Origin: Epiperipatus broadwayi
Lineage: Eukaryota > Animalia > Onychophora
Reading direction: 5' to 3'
NCBI GenBank assembly: GCA_028023455.1
Contig: JAQFVV010000003.1
Coordinates: 19,778,001 to 19,842,000 of the forward strand
DNA: 64,000 nt
Both the position numbers and the translations under genes were made by a program. This document shows, in pieces, positions 27,544-40,611 of this stretch (within the stretch, counting starts at the first letter, position 1; the number at the start of each line of letters is the position of its first letter). The notes under the pieces are model-generated. The model was not told where the DNA came from and ran no database searches. It saw only the letters and a program-made list of their open reading frames with translations.

Positions 27544-27749
27544 TTATAATACTTCTTTCATATACATTTCAACAAATTTTCTTAAAAAGCTTCTTTATTT
27601 TCCTTACAGTTTCGACTGTCCAGTAGTCAGCAGAGGAAGTTTGTTAAGCTCTGATGAAGACTGCTGGACAGTCGAAACTGTAAGGAAAATAAAGAAGTTT
27701 TTTAAGAAAATTTGTTTGCATTGAAGTGTATATGAAAGAAGTATTATAA
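27544..27749. mobile_element. Family C hammerhead repeat, short inverted pair
   Basis: 27544-27623 is the reverse complement of 27664-27749 apart from a 5-nt indel and a few substitutions; hammerhead-like core in the right arm, partly deleted core in the left arm. Confidence 0.8.
27648..27685 (+). ncRNA. Minimal hammerhead variant (extra nucleotide after A9, 1-nt stem III loop)
   Basis: GCT CTGATGA A GACTG CTGGA CAGTC GAAA CTG TA AGG; the opposite arm has CCT before the core, restoring a CCT/AGG stem I. Confidence 0.6.
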
Positions 27750-28915
27750 AAAAAATATATATATGAATATATGAAGATATATAAAAAAAGTAAAAGAGAA
27801 GAATAAGAGCATAAAGATATTAGGGATTTCACTGAAATTTAATACAAACATGGTTAATTTACATGAAATCTTAATATTTTTACATTTCATAATTATTTGT
27901 GAGAAATATATACCATGTTTCTCTGAAAATAAGACTGCGTCTTATATTAATTTTTGCTCTAAAAGACTTTTCAGGGATGCTTTTCTTTTTCAGTACAAAA
28001 ATCTACGTTTATTCACATACAAAAATATAAATTTATTCAAAATAACTAATCAATCTTCCAAACATGTTTTTCAGCAACGCCCTCTGAATATTTGAATTTT
28101 CAGCTAATGATATGCAATAGGTTATTTATATTTATTTAAGTACAAAAATTGGTCTGGGTCAACATATTATTCCATTTAAATCTACCCTTAAGTCAAGTGT
28201 CAACTGAAGATTATGAGATAAGAGTAGTAACAAAAATGATTACAGTTAATAATGATTATCCATACAAAAGAGATGAAAAATGCAAGCACAAAAATTCAGA
28301 AAACATTTCTGTATTTCAAACTGCATTAAGTATGATTTTTACAACACATGGCATATTGAATTATGAAGATTCATATAAGACACAACCACATCATCCATTA
28401 TCAAGGTGCACATAGTAAACATTTTCCAAATTATGTATAAAAACTTCACTTGGATATTCTTTTTTAAAACTTTTCTTTAGAAGAAATTGATTTAATTTAA
28501 ACTAAACTTTAATTATTAAAATCACTTCCATTATTTAAATAATGTTAGGAAAAAATAATAATTTAAGAAACAAAGTTGATTTTTCTTTTATCTTGAATAA
28601 TTAAAAGCTACCACGATCAAATTCTAAAACTAAGTCAACCATTCTAAATCTAAGTATTAAATATAAATAAAATAAGCACCTAAAATTAATAAATGAAATT
28701 ATGAATTGTCTGATATATTGGCTTATGGTAAGTAAAATTTTAAAAGTTTGTTAAATCATTCATAAAGTCAATAAATTGATTATCTTAAGTTCAAGATTCG
28801 GCTGAGAGGAAATTGTTTCTCTATGCACAGAGAATTATGCTAGTTGAAAATTTTCACTGGCAAAAATATAAGTACTATTATAATTTATATCATCATTTAT
28901 TTAAAGCAATAATAT

Positions 28916-29777
28916 ATATAAATCAGCATTTATTTTTTTATAGGGTCTGTATACAATTGTAATCACATTCATATCGGCTTTTTTTCCAAACCAAATTTTG
29001 CAAACGCTTTTTGCGAGTGTTAAATAATAAATGAATAACCTCTGACCCATACAAGATATAGAATTTATGCAGCAATAAAAGGAATCCTCTTATTACTACG
29101 ACTCAAATATTTATATATGAGCAAATCTGAAGTACTGGTACAGAAGGTGTGACTATAGAACAGTCACTTTGAATTACTATATATAACTTATGAATGAATG
29201 ACGCCGATGAAATTTACTAGAATTTACTGAACGTCATTCCAACTGAAATTAATCATATATATAAATCAGCATTTATTTTTTATAGCGTCTGTATACAATT
29301 GTAAATTAATCATATATATAAATCAGCATTTATTTTTTATAGCGTCTGTATACAATTGTAATCACATTTATTATTTAACACTCGCAAAAAGCGTTTGCAA
29401 AATTTGGTTTGGAAAAAAAGCCGATATGAATGTGATTACAATTGTATACAGACGCTATAAAAAATAAATGCTGATTTATATATATGATTAATTTCAGTTG
29501 GAATGACGTTCAGTAAATTCTAGTAAATTTCATCGGCGTCATTCATTCATAAGTTATATATAGTAATTCAAAGTGATTGTTCTATAGTCACACCTTCTCA
29601 ACCAGTACTTCAGATTTGCTCATATATAAATATTTGAGTCGTAGTAATAAGAGGATTCCTTTTATTGCTGCATAAATTCTATATCTTGTATGGGTCAGAG
29701 GTTATTCATTTATTATTTAACACTCGCAAAAAGCGTTTGCAAAATTTGGTTTGGAAAAAAAGCCGATATGAATGTGA
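28916..29777. mobile_element. Recent insertion of a 342/343-nt non-coding unit: ~1.3 units forward then ~1.2 units inverted, 15-bp TSD
   Basis: Period 343 (AATCAGC 28921/29264) and 342 (CTCGC 29381/29723); TTAAAGCAATAATAT at 28901-28915 and 29778-29792; arms nearly identical. Confidence 0.9.
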
Positions 29778-31779
29778 TTAAAGCAATAATATTATTTATT
29801 TATATATTCATTACTTTATAATTCAATATACACATCTTGTGCTTCAACAAAGAAAAAGAAATCTGTTCATCTCAACTAGGGCTTATATATTACAAGCATC
29901 CTGAAAAATCATGCTAAGGCTTATTTTCTAGTTAGATCTTATTATCAGAAAAACATGGTATCTACAAAATTTTTTTATAGCTACTGGATAATTAATGGTA
30001 AGTTTATCAATAAAAAGCTGAAAAGGCTCATTTAAGCTAAAAAAAAAAAATCCTTTGTAAATTAATCAATTATATTATTATTGCATTTATTATTATTATT
30101 TTCATATCTGCAATAATAATGCCAGGCTGTTTATTCCATTAAGTTATTGTATTCCAATTATTTATTAGTTTATTGATATATTAATATCTATATGTGAAAG
30201 ATTATTCTTAGAAAAGATGTTTTAAAAAGATCAATAAAAAATTTTTTTTCTTCTCATCAAGGAATAATTTAGAAAACACTATTAATTAGATATAAAGGAC
30301 ACTAAAATATTAATTAATGGCCATAACACTGAAGAAAACTACTGAAACACTATTCATAAATGTTTGATCAAATATATTGATCTTCATATTACTTATATAA
30401 GGCTAAAACCTCAGTACATGTGCCTTGAGTGCTTAATTTTAGCAAGAGAGATCTTTAAAAATGACAACGCAAGATTCGACTTTATAAAGATAAGAGGGAC
30501 CCTCTTATTTCTCAACCTATTTTCTTAATTATATAGGCAAATGTAAAGCATTTTGATTTGGGAGCTGGAAGCTAATAAATTCTTCACTGATTAAGTCCAC
30601 TATTTCTGTTAAACATTAACAATCACGAAATCTTTCGATTTACAACGAGTCAATATTCAGATATTAAATTTAGAAATATTTTGAATCAATTTAAAGTTGT
30701 TGTAAATATTAATTCTTATTAAGCGAATGCCTATATGTATTTCTAAAAAAAATCTTTGGAACAGTACAATGGAAGCAAAGTAATTGCAAAGTGTAAATTT
30801 AAAAACTAGAAATTGATTTTCAAGATGCACTGAATGATAATTTAAAAAATAAAATGAAATGAAAAACATATAACTTTATTACCATTAGTATTTTAAAGCA
30901 CCCCCCTCCCCTCCACCTTATCCAATTATTAAAGAAATTAGTATAGCTTGCCAAAAAAAGTAAATAAGTAGTAATGGATTTTTTATAATATGGCATCACA
31001 ATTATAGTTTAGAAGCAAATGTACATGGTCATGTTAAGTGGCCAATATCATATGTTAAGATGGTGACTGAATAAGAAATAGAGAAATTGCTGCAAAGAAT
31101 GAACTAACTGGATTTCTCGAGAAACAAAGAATAAATTAGGAGAATTAAATAAGACATGTTCAGAAACTACAAATAAAATTAGAATAATCCAGACGTTTTT
31201 TAAGAACAATAAACTGATTTTAATTACTATCAGAATCAATTACCCAAAAAGTAAGAGTGTATATAAATGTTGAACTAAAAGAAATAATTGAAAGTTGTTG
31301 AACTCTCACTATTTCATGGACAAATAAATTGTGTTAATAATCAGATGCCAAGAATCGACCAAAACTGTATGATGCAATTCTGTGAGTCTGATTCATCAAG
31401 GGAAGCTAAGAGCATGAAAAAAATAATCATAAGCTAACATCATGATATTTATTATTATTTAATAATCCTTCAAATATATATGTAAATATATAATCACAAT
31501 ATATACATATACAAAAATGAATTATTGTTAGACTATACATTATTTTTATAGAATTGTAGTTATAACTTTTAATAAAATTATTAAAATGATGTGGTGTATC
31601 TAAATTGAAGAAATCATAGTTATGAACAGTAAACTATTTTTTCAGGTTGTAACATAACAGCAAATGTATTTGAGAAATGCAACGTGAAACGCAGCACCCT
31701 AATATGTAATTTCTATGAACAAAAAGATTTTCTGTATATCTTCCTAAAAAATAAAAGAAATAGGCAGCTAAAAAAATTG

Positions 31780-34700
31780 ATACATAAATAAAGAGATTAG
31801 TATATAGATAAATGATAGATAAATAGTCAAGGTACAAAACAGATAAAAAGAAAGTAGATAACATATAGTTATGTAATTAAGTAGAAAGGAAATTAAATAG
31901 AATAGTAGAAATAGGTAGGTTAGGGGTAAGTAAATGTGGGTAGTAGCAAGTAGATGGTTATTAAGGAGAGTAACTTTAAAAAAGTATATATTTAAGTATA
32001 AGAATTGGTACATAAAGAAATTGATGGTAGATATCATGATTAAATAGGTAGTTGGAAAGAGATTAACTATGTAGATAGTTGTCTGGATACATAAGCAAAC
32101 AAACCTTAGTATGTAGAATAGAAGCTATGTAGATTAGGAGTTGTTGCATAAGAGTAGGGAAAAATTAACAAATGTATTGATGATTACATATGTAGGAATT
32201 TCTATACAGAAAAGTAAGTAAATGGGTTCTTAACAGTGAGTAAGTAGATATTTAGAAGAGGAGTAAATATGAGGTTTAGTGAGTAGCATGGTAATTGTGA
32301 TGGAGGAATTTGGATATTAGCAGAAAGATATAGGTCAAAGTAAAGGGTTAAACAAATGTGAGTAAATAGGTAATTACATAGAGGGATTTATAAGTAAAAA
32401 GAACAATGGAGATAAATAGAGAAGTATATAGACAGAATGACAGAAAAGTGTAAAGTATATAGATAGAAAGTCAAATAAATACACAGAAAGTAAAAAAAGT
32501 ATACAGATAATATGATAGGAGTTCAATAAATAAAAAAGTTGATAGGAATATAGACTATTAATGCAAAAAAAAAATAATGGAAGTTAAGTGGATAGTAATA
32601 GGGATAAATAAATTAAGTAGTATAATAGAAAATTATATTAGTAAGTAAACTGAGAATATGTAATTAATAGGAGGCAAATAAGGAGCAGATATAAAGTAAA
32701 AAATATATAAAAGAGAAAATAGGGATGAAAATAAGGGATGTGGAGAGGCAGATAGATAGAAAAGTAGATCACAAGCTAAAAAAATAATAATACATAAATT
32801 AATTAATTGAGTACTGATCAGATAAGGTAGATAAATAGCAATCACATAGGGTGTTCTGGCAATAAATAAAATAGGTGAATGGTTATATAGGTAGTGGATG
32901 AATCAGAATTGTAGAATGGGTAATGGTACAATACCTAAACTGACAGTAGTTGAATTTGAAAATTAAAAAAAATGAGTAAAGAAATGGATAGGTAAATGTT
33001 AGATAGCTAGTGTAGTATATGAATAGTAGTAATAGGGGATATGTAAATAATAAAATAATTTGGAAGAAGGAGTATCTAAATGGATATTGTAGTTATGTGG
33101 AAAGAGGTGAATAGGTAGAAGTAGATAGATACATACAAATATGGATAGAAATTAGGGAGAAAATAGATAGATAAGTGAACAGGTAGGAGATTACATAAAT
33201 AAGAGATGGTAGGTAGGAAAGACAGGCAAATAGGCTATATGTGTCATAAAGATATGAAGATAAATGAGTAGAATATTGTAGGTACAGGGTATGTGAAGTA
33301 ACCAAGTAGATATGTAAATAGGTGGGAGTGTAAATAAATGGGTCAGATGGATAGAAAGAATATAAAAATAGGTGTACATATATGGCATAACTGAAATATA
33401 TACAGAGGTAGTACATAGATGTATAAGAGTAAATAGGTAAGAAAATACATAATAGGTGACAGAGAATTAGATAAGTAGGCAGATAGATGTGACACCTAAA
33501 AATTGATGGGTTAACAGGTAGAAGGCAGAGATATTGTTATATATAGAGAAAAGCTAAATAGAAAGAAAGTAATTAGATAGGAAGATTGAATCAAAGACAT
33601 ATAATTAATTAGAGGAATAATTGTGCAGTAGATAACCAGTGGAAGAAGATATTTAGTTAGAAAAATAGATATGAAAATGAGCATTAGAAGATAGGTAAAT
33701 AAATAATAAAAATAGGCAGTTGTAAAGATACAATAAGTGGAAAGTAGAGCTATAAAAGAAATAAATAATGAAGTATGTAGGATATTAAAAAGATATATTA
33801 GATAAATAAATGGAAGTGTAGTACTTAAATAAAAAGTAAATATATATAAAGGCTGAAGTAGATACAGTTAAATAAGTGTGTGAATATGTAGCCAATATGA
33901 AAATGAGATGGTAATTAGAAATAGACAGAGAAATAAATAGATAGGAACATTGTTGAGTAGACAGATAGTAAGTAAAATATATAGATAGATGGAAGATAGA
34001 CAAGATATATATATATATATATAGATACAGCTAGGATAGACAGAAAAGATAGGTAGCAAAAGACATAAAGGTAAAAAATAAAATAAGTGGATTACAAGAT
34101 AAGAGTTAAATTGTTAGAAAATTATAAATAACCATTTTCAATTCTATTGATTAACTGTCCCATATCTTATATGATTTCTACAATTGAAATAAAATAATAT
34201 TAATATTATATATTTTTTAATAATCTTTTAAAAACAATTTTCAGATATATGGATCTTTAGCAAAAGGGAATGAGTAATTAGATAGATAAAGGTTAAAAAG
34301 AAGCAATATTTAAGGATTGAATGTATAATGGGAATTAAATGAGTTGTAATAAGGATAGATGGATTTGTGAGACATGAAGTAAATAGTTAAAATAGATAGT
34401 AAAAAAATATAGGCAAGGTTTATAGGATCATAAAAAAATATAAGAGGACATAGTAGATAAGGAAATAGGTGAATAAAATTACACAGAGGAAGAAAGTAGG
34501 TAAGTCGACAAGGAGATAAATAGACAGTAGCAAAGGCATGAGATAAATAGCTAAGGGATAATGTAAAGAGATAAGAAAGTAGATATCTATGCTGAACAGC
34601 TAAATAAGCAATGAGAATGTAGGATAGAGAATTAATGGATAATGAACAATGGATTAATTAAATAGGAGGTAAAATGATAAGTAGAAAGGAGATAGATGGC

Positions 34701-36280
34701 AGATAAGTAGATAAATAGATAGGAGAATAAAGGTAGATGGCAAGTAAGTAATTAGATAAGAGAATAGAAGTAAGTATTAGTTGAATAATTAAATAGGAAG
34801 ACAGTAGAATAAACAGAATATTTGAGTAACAAAGTAGATGAATAATTAGGAAAGTAAATAATTAGCCATTAATTAGTTCTATAAGTAGGTAAGCATGGAA
34901 AAGAAAAATAGATAAATAAGATATAAAATTAAACATTAAATGATATGTTAGATAAAAAAAATATGAGCAATTAAATATATGAAAAAGATAGGAATATAGA
35001 TGTAGGTAGGAAAGTTAGTAGCTAAATAAAAGTAGGTAGGATAGTGAATAGATAGAAGTGGAAGTAAATAGTGAGATAAAAGTTGATAAATTAGGCAAAG
35101 TGGTTTGATAAATAAAAGGATAATGGTAGGTAAAAGTGTAGAAGTTAAATAGTGAGATATTAAATGGGAAGTTAAGCAAGATGATTAGGCAGATTAAGAA
35201 GTAACTAGGAAGGTTGTAAGTAGAGACAAATATACATTATTGAAGCAGTACGTTTAGTAAGAGGAGTGGTTTACTAAATAGAGTATTTAAGAGAAGAAAC
35301 AAAAAATATAGGTGAATAAAGAGTAAGTAGGTAGACAGCACATGAAGGAAAATAGATGTTTAAGAATAGATAATTATGTAAGCTAATGAGTGGCTTAAAT
35401 ACTAAATGATCAAGAGTTCATGTGTGGGAATAGATGGGTGATTAGAGAAAACTGATGGTAAATAGAGAAAGTTAATTGGGAGAATAGATAAGCAGGGAAG
35501 TTAAATAAGTAGAAACATTAAAAAAGCAGAGAGAAAGAGAGTAGATGGATAATGATGAGAATGTATTGTTTTAGTAGACAGAGTGAGTTGGTAAGTAGGA
35601 AGTTATAGATAGACTAGATGGTATGTGGACAGATAAAAAGAGAATTTGATAAATCAAGATTTAGAAATTAGACAACTGAGTTTATAAAAAAAAATGGTTA
35701 AATGAATAAGGATTTGTGTATGGTAAAAAAAATAAGTAGTTATATATATATAGGTAATTGTTAATAAATAGATGTGCATAAATAAAGCACATAGATATTT
35801 GGGATTGGACGATATAAGACAATAGATCCATAATGATAAGATATTGTTAGGTTGGAGAGTGAATGAGTTATTTAGATGAGTAAGCAGTAAATAGTTGTGA
35901 GAAAAAATAAGAGATGTTATATAGATGGACAATTAGGATGTATTAGCAATAGGTAGCAAGTAAAAAGAGAAAGAAGTATAAGTGGATTCACAGATAATCT
36001 GAATGATACATACAAAATAAGTTAGTGTAGATACAAAGGGAAAACAATGTAAATATAAGAATAGATAAGTAAAAGAATGCGCAGATAAATCAAAAATTAG
36101 GTAGCTAAAAGAATAAATGGATAGATATAGTAGGAGTTGGTAGGTATATGAGAAAGTAGATAGAAGGATAGATATCATGAGATAGGCTAAAAAAGGGCTA
36201 CATTAGCAAGTACAGTTGAGTAAGTACATGAAGGTAGATGGTTAGAAAGTTGTTATCAGAAAAAAAATTATAGAAGATAA
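31780..36280. repeat. ~4.5-kb cryptically simple, C-poor purine-skewed tract (degenerate TAGA/TAGG/TAAG/TAAA)
   Basis: Continuous AGAT/AGGT/AAGT-type motifs on the + strand, interrupted by an AT-rich segment near 34110-34260. Boundaries approximate. Confidence 0.85.
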
Positions 36281-36583
36281 AAAGCATTCCTATTAATAAA
36301 AAGCATGACAAGAAACTAATTTAGGATGTTTTGCATAATCATAATTAGTATCCATTGATACTATTCATATTTACAATAAATGACTGGAGCAATGCCAAAT
36401 TTTTAATATTATTCATATAAATTAAATAATAATAGCACTAATAATAACTATTGCTCAATGTAGCACAACAGATAGTATTATTATTTCTACTAACAGTAAA
36501 TAATGTTCATTTATTAATATCAAAATACTATAACTAATTCTATAACAATTAAATAGACTTAACTCTTAAGAAATATTTCTTAC

Positions 36584-36680
36584 CATTTTCTGGAGTTAGA
36601 ATACCATGCCTAATCATGAAGTCAAGTACGACAATTGCACTAGTAGGTTTATAACAATCAGAAACCAATTTTTGTTTAGC
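36584..36680 (-). CDS. Nudix hydrolase, penultimate coding exon
   Basis: TATTTTAG|…|GTAAGA; AKQKLVSDCYKPTSAIVVLDFMIRHGILTPEN; the DFxIRHG motif is typical of this family's C-terminus; phases 0/1 fit the neighbours. Confidence 0.9.
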
Positions 36681-39600
36681 CTAAAATATTTTAAAAGGAA
36701 AACGACTTATTATTCATACAACTTTAGCTTAAGAGTATATTTAAATTTTATTTTATTATTATTCCTGTACAACATAATTCTATATAGTAAGTTGACATTA
36801 TTAAAATACAAAATAGCATATCAATAAGTATTTGTTTTAAGTATATTTAAAACCAGTTACACATATGCAGTTGTCTCACATGTTACTTATGTATTACGGC
36901 AGAAACTTATACATGTGCAACATCATTTTTATGCCAATATAATCTTTGAACTAAATACTAGGGTAGCTTGAAAGATTCCAAATCCACAATCTAATATTTT
37001 TTATGGGGTTGAAGCAGGGAGAGAAATTTTTTTTTCTTCTTTTCAACACAAATATTATATGTAAAGCTGTCAGTACAAATAATTGGTGAATTCATAATAA
37101 TTTGTATATGTTTATGCACACGATAATTATATTTGGCTTTACATTTAACAGTAGGTATAATAATAATAATAATTGACCAATATTATTATCATTATTTAAA
37201 TTTTTTCAATTTCATCATTCCTTATTTCTTTAATAATCCAAAGGTTAGTCATCTGTTTCCAAACCATTAATTTTTAGCTTATTATTAATATTCTTTTTAA
37301 TTTACTAAATTTACAGCTATTAAAGCTGAGTTTATATATATTCTTTTGAAATGATTACAAAAATTTGCTTTAATATTCATCTGAGTAGTCTAGTATACCT
37401 GTAAAAAGCCATGAAGATAGATATGAAGTGTGTAAATGATATTTTGTAATTTTTAGTAAGTAGTGAAAGGTATACATTAAGATTTCATTTATTACAATTT
37501 CTGCTTCTCATTGAAAACAAACTATTATTATTCACTGTATAAGAATAGAAATTTTTAAAAAAAAAATATTGCTTTACTATGAACTTTATGTAAAAGAATA
37601 AAATTAAGAACATAAGTAAAATAAAAAAAGTTTAGTATATTAAAATTTCTAACAATTAAAATGTAAAAAAAATAAAAAAAAATTTTTTTTTTGAAAATGT
37701 TGACTCATTAATTACTCCTGGCAGTGGATTTTATCATTTACTTTTTTTTTTTTTTTTAGAAGAGGCTTAAAATAAACAAATACAATATTCAACAAAGATA
37801 GAAAATATTTATATGATGGCAAAAAATGATTTACAATAAAAAAAATCAACAGATATCAATCTGGTGCATTAAATATATTTAGTAAATTGCTAAAAATAAA
37901 TAAAAATAATATTCAAAAAATGATTTCAAACAGTGAAATATGAATCAATATATACTGAATTTAATGAAAATATGATCAAAATGAAATACCATGGATGAGA
38001 TCAAAAATAAAGAGATTGCATGTGAGATGGATGAATGAAATAAGGAAGTTTGCTAAAATAATGTAGAGAAAAGACACAGGCTGAAGATTTTATACTTGTG
38101 CAATATCATTTTTGATGCCAATTTAATCCCTTTTCTGATCCCAGAATTAACAACATACAATGACATTTTTTTCCCCCTAGAAGCATCCTTGTGGTTATTT
38201 TATTGTATCAGTCTTTGAAAATGAAGTGATGATAATAACAAGACATATCGAAATAAAAATAATTTTTTAAAAAAAGCTAAAACTTTTTAAAATATTTATT
38301 ACTAATGACAGTTATCCAAAAAAAAAAAAAGATTGGTTTATTCAGAAATAAATGTTTATTTATGTTTACTATTTTTCTTGAACATTATTACACTGAACTG
38401 AGAATTAGTAAAAGAAATATCAATAAACTTAAATATGTTAATAATATCACATTTATAACCAAAAAGAAAAAAAAAAGAAAAAGATATTTACTAAAAAGTT
38501 AATATAGAGTCAAAGATTTAACAGAAGATAATGTTTAAAATTACAAGGATAATAACAATCTTAAAAATTGGTGGTGAAGAAATGTTATTTACATGTTTTT
38601 GCTTCCATGCCTCAATTATCAATATCAAGTCAATCAAGGCATTTGTTGTGCAGACTGACAATTAAAAAAAAAAGAAAACATGATGTTTTTGTAAGACTTT
38701 TGAAAATGCAATGGATAACATAAAAATTGAACAACTGAATATTTAATAAGATTTTATGTGAAATACAAATAGTAATATTAGGAAATGACCAGCTTAGAAT
38801 TGTCATATTCTAATCATATTGTGAGATGAACTAATTCATTAGAAAAACATATAATGTTTGAAAAGATTAATGATGGAAAAAAGCAAAGAGGATTCCCCCA
38901 TTTTAATAATAAAGTACCCTTAAAGAACAGGAAAATCAATAATTAAAGACACTGTGGACAAATGCCCTTTACGTAATTGCTAAGAATCTATGCTGAGTTT
39001 CCAGTACATGTTATTTCATTAGCTTCAGAAACTCTTAAAAAATGGAAACATGTAAAAGAATGGGTAAAAGAACATAAAAAATCTCAGAATCATTATGAAA
39101 AATATTATAAAATGAAGGCACCGAGAAAACAACAGCAGCAAATTGAGTCATAAAGAAAACTAAATAAATCAAAACTGCATTGTGTGTAATTGACTAGCTT
39201 AAATGAACATATACTGTGTGTGTGTGTGTATATATATATATACACGCTGCTTTGAAAGCAATGCAAAAGATCAACATATTATGCATGAAATAGTGAATGT
39301 TAAGAATTAAAACACACACACATATATACAAAGTCTTATGATAAAAAGAATAGAAAAAAGAAATCAAAGATTATATTCCATACACTAAAATTTATTTGGA
39401 TTGGATATGGTTTATAAAAGAATTTTAAAATGTCGTTTTATTATTTACATCACAATTTATTAATTAATGTCTTTTTATCTAGTTAATATTATCAATAAAA
39501 TTTGGCATTTCCTTTGTTGAAGTCAGGAATCTCTAAGCCGATAAGCCCAAGGAAACTTGTTAGCCAGCTCATCTCTCCCTTTGCTAATTTTTAACCTACA

Positions 39601-39897
39601 ATGCCTTTAAGCTTCAAAAAAAGTACTGCCTTCTATAGACAAATGTATACACTACTATCATATTATAGAGCACTACAATTTTTTTAAAAATCCTATATTG
39701 TTGAGATTACTCCTTTGATTACCTATACTGATTAAAATTACTAATTTAATTTGCAAAATTAATAAAGCATTAATTATTCTAAATAACTATTAATTAAATA
39801 ATAAAATTTATTGCAATTTACAAAGATGTTATGCATTTATTAATTTGAATAGATATTTTTTTTAAATAATAAAAAATTTTTAACAAAGAATTATATA

Positions 39898-40611
39898 TGA
39901 AGGAGGACCCAAAAATAACCGAAACTGTTCTCTGGTTTGTGCTCCTGTTGAAGTATATACTTCTGCTGTTACATACTTATGCATCAATCTGCCAAATGAT
40001 GTCACTGTGTGAAATTGTGGGGCCATGTAGAACATTTTTTGTAAAGTGTGTTTCTCATATTTGTCGATTTTTTGATAATGTCTGAAAAGTTTGAACAATT
40101 AATGCTGATTTTTTTTTTTTTACGCAAACAGCATTTTTCTCTCAGATTTAGTTTGTAATGGTCAGGTATTTTATCTGCAAGTTCTGAAATATTTATGTGA
40201 TGCAGTAAAACTTAAACATTCCATTTTGTGGGGGAAAAAAAGAGTTCAAGCTCCACCCCAACAAAATGTCATCTGTCAAAGCTTTGAGTGTGAAACACAT
40301 TTTAATTAAATTTAGCATGGCCCAGCTTATCTATCAGCTATATTTGCTCAATCTTGCTTTGTGTGATCTTTTTTTAATCTCTCGAATGAAAAAATGTCTC
40401 TCTTTTTTTTTTGCAGACTTGAAAGTGGTGAAAAAAAATGACATAGGCATCACTTTGCAAGTATTTCTGGACTACTTTGAGAAATGAAAAACACCTTTAG
40501 ACCATTGCATTGCATCAACTGGATAGTAATTAGAAAGAGATTAAATTTATAACACAAATAAATAAACAATTATTTATTATAAAATTCCGGTTATTTTTGG
40601 ATCCTTCCTCA
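39898..40611 (+). mobile_element. Internally deleted mariner transposon
   Basis: TA|TGAAGGAGGACCCAAAAATAACCG…CCGGTTATTTTTGGATCCTTCCTCA|TA TIRs; ORF 40266-40487 is a degenerate transposase C-terminus (YLLNLALCDLFL ~ YSPDLAPCDFFL, followed by HCIASTG). Confidence 0.88.

Noticed and set aside
29195-29240. CCGATGA inside an 8-bp stem as a hammerhead
   Set aside because: U4 is replaced and there is no GAAA/stem III/UH in the correct order; kept only as a candidate structure.
31634-36178. Many 60-107 aa minus-strand ORFs rich in Y/L/S/I/F
   Set aside because: By-product of the C-poor tract, whose minus strand rarely forms stops; no domain motifs or splice support.
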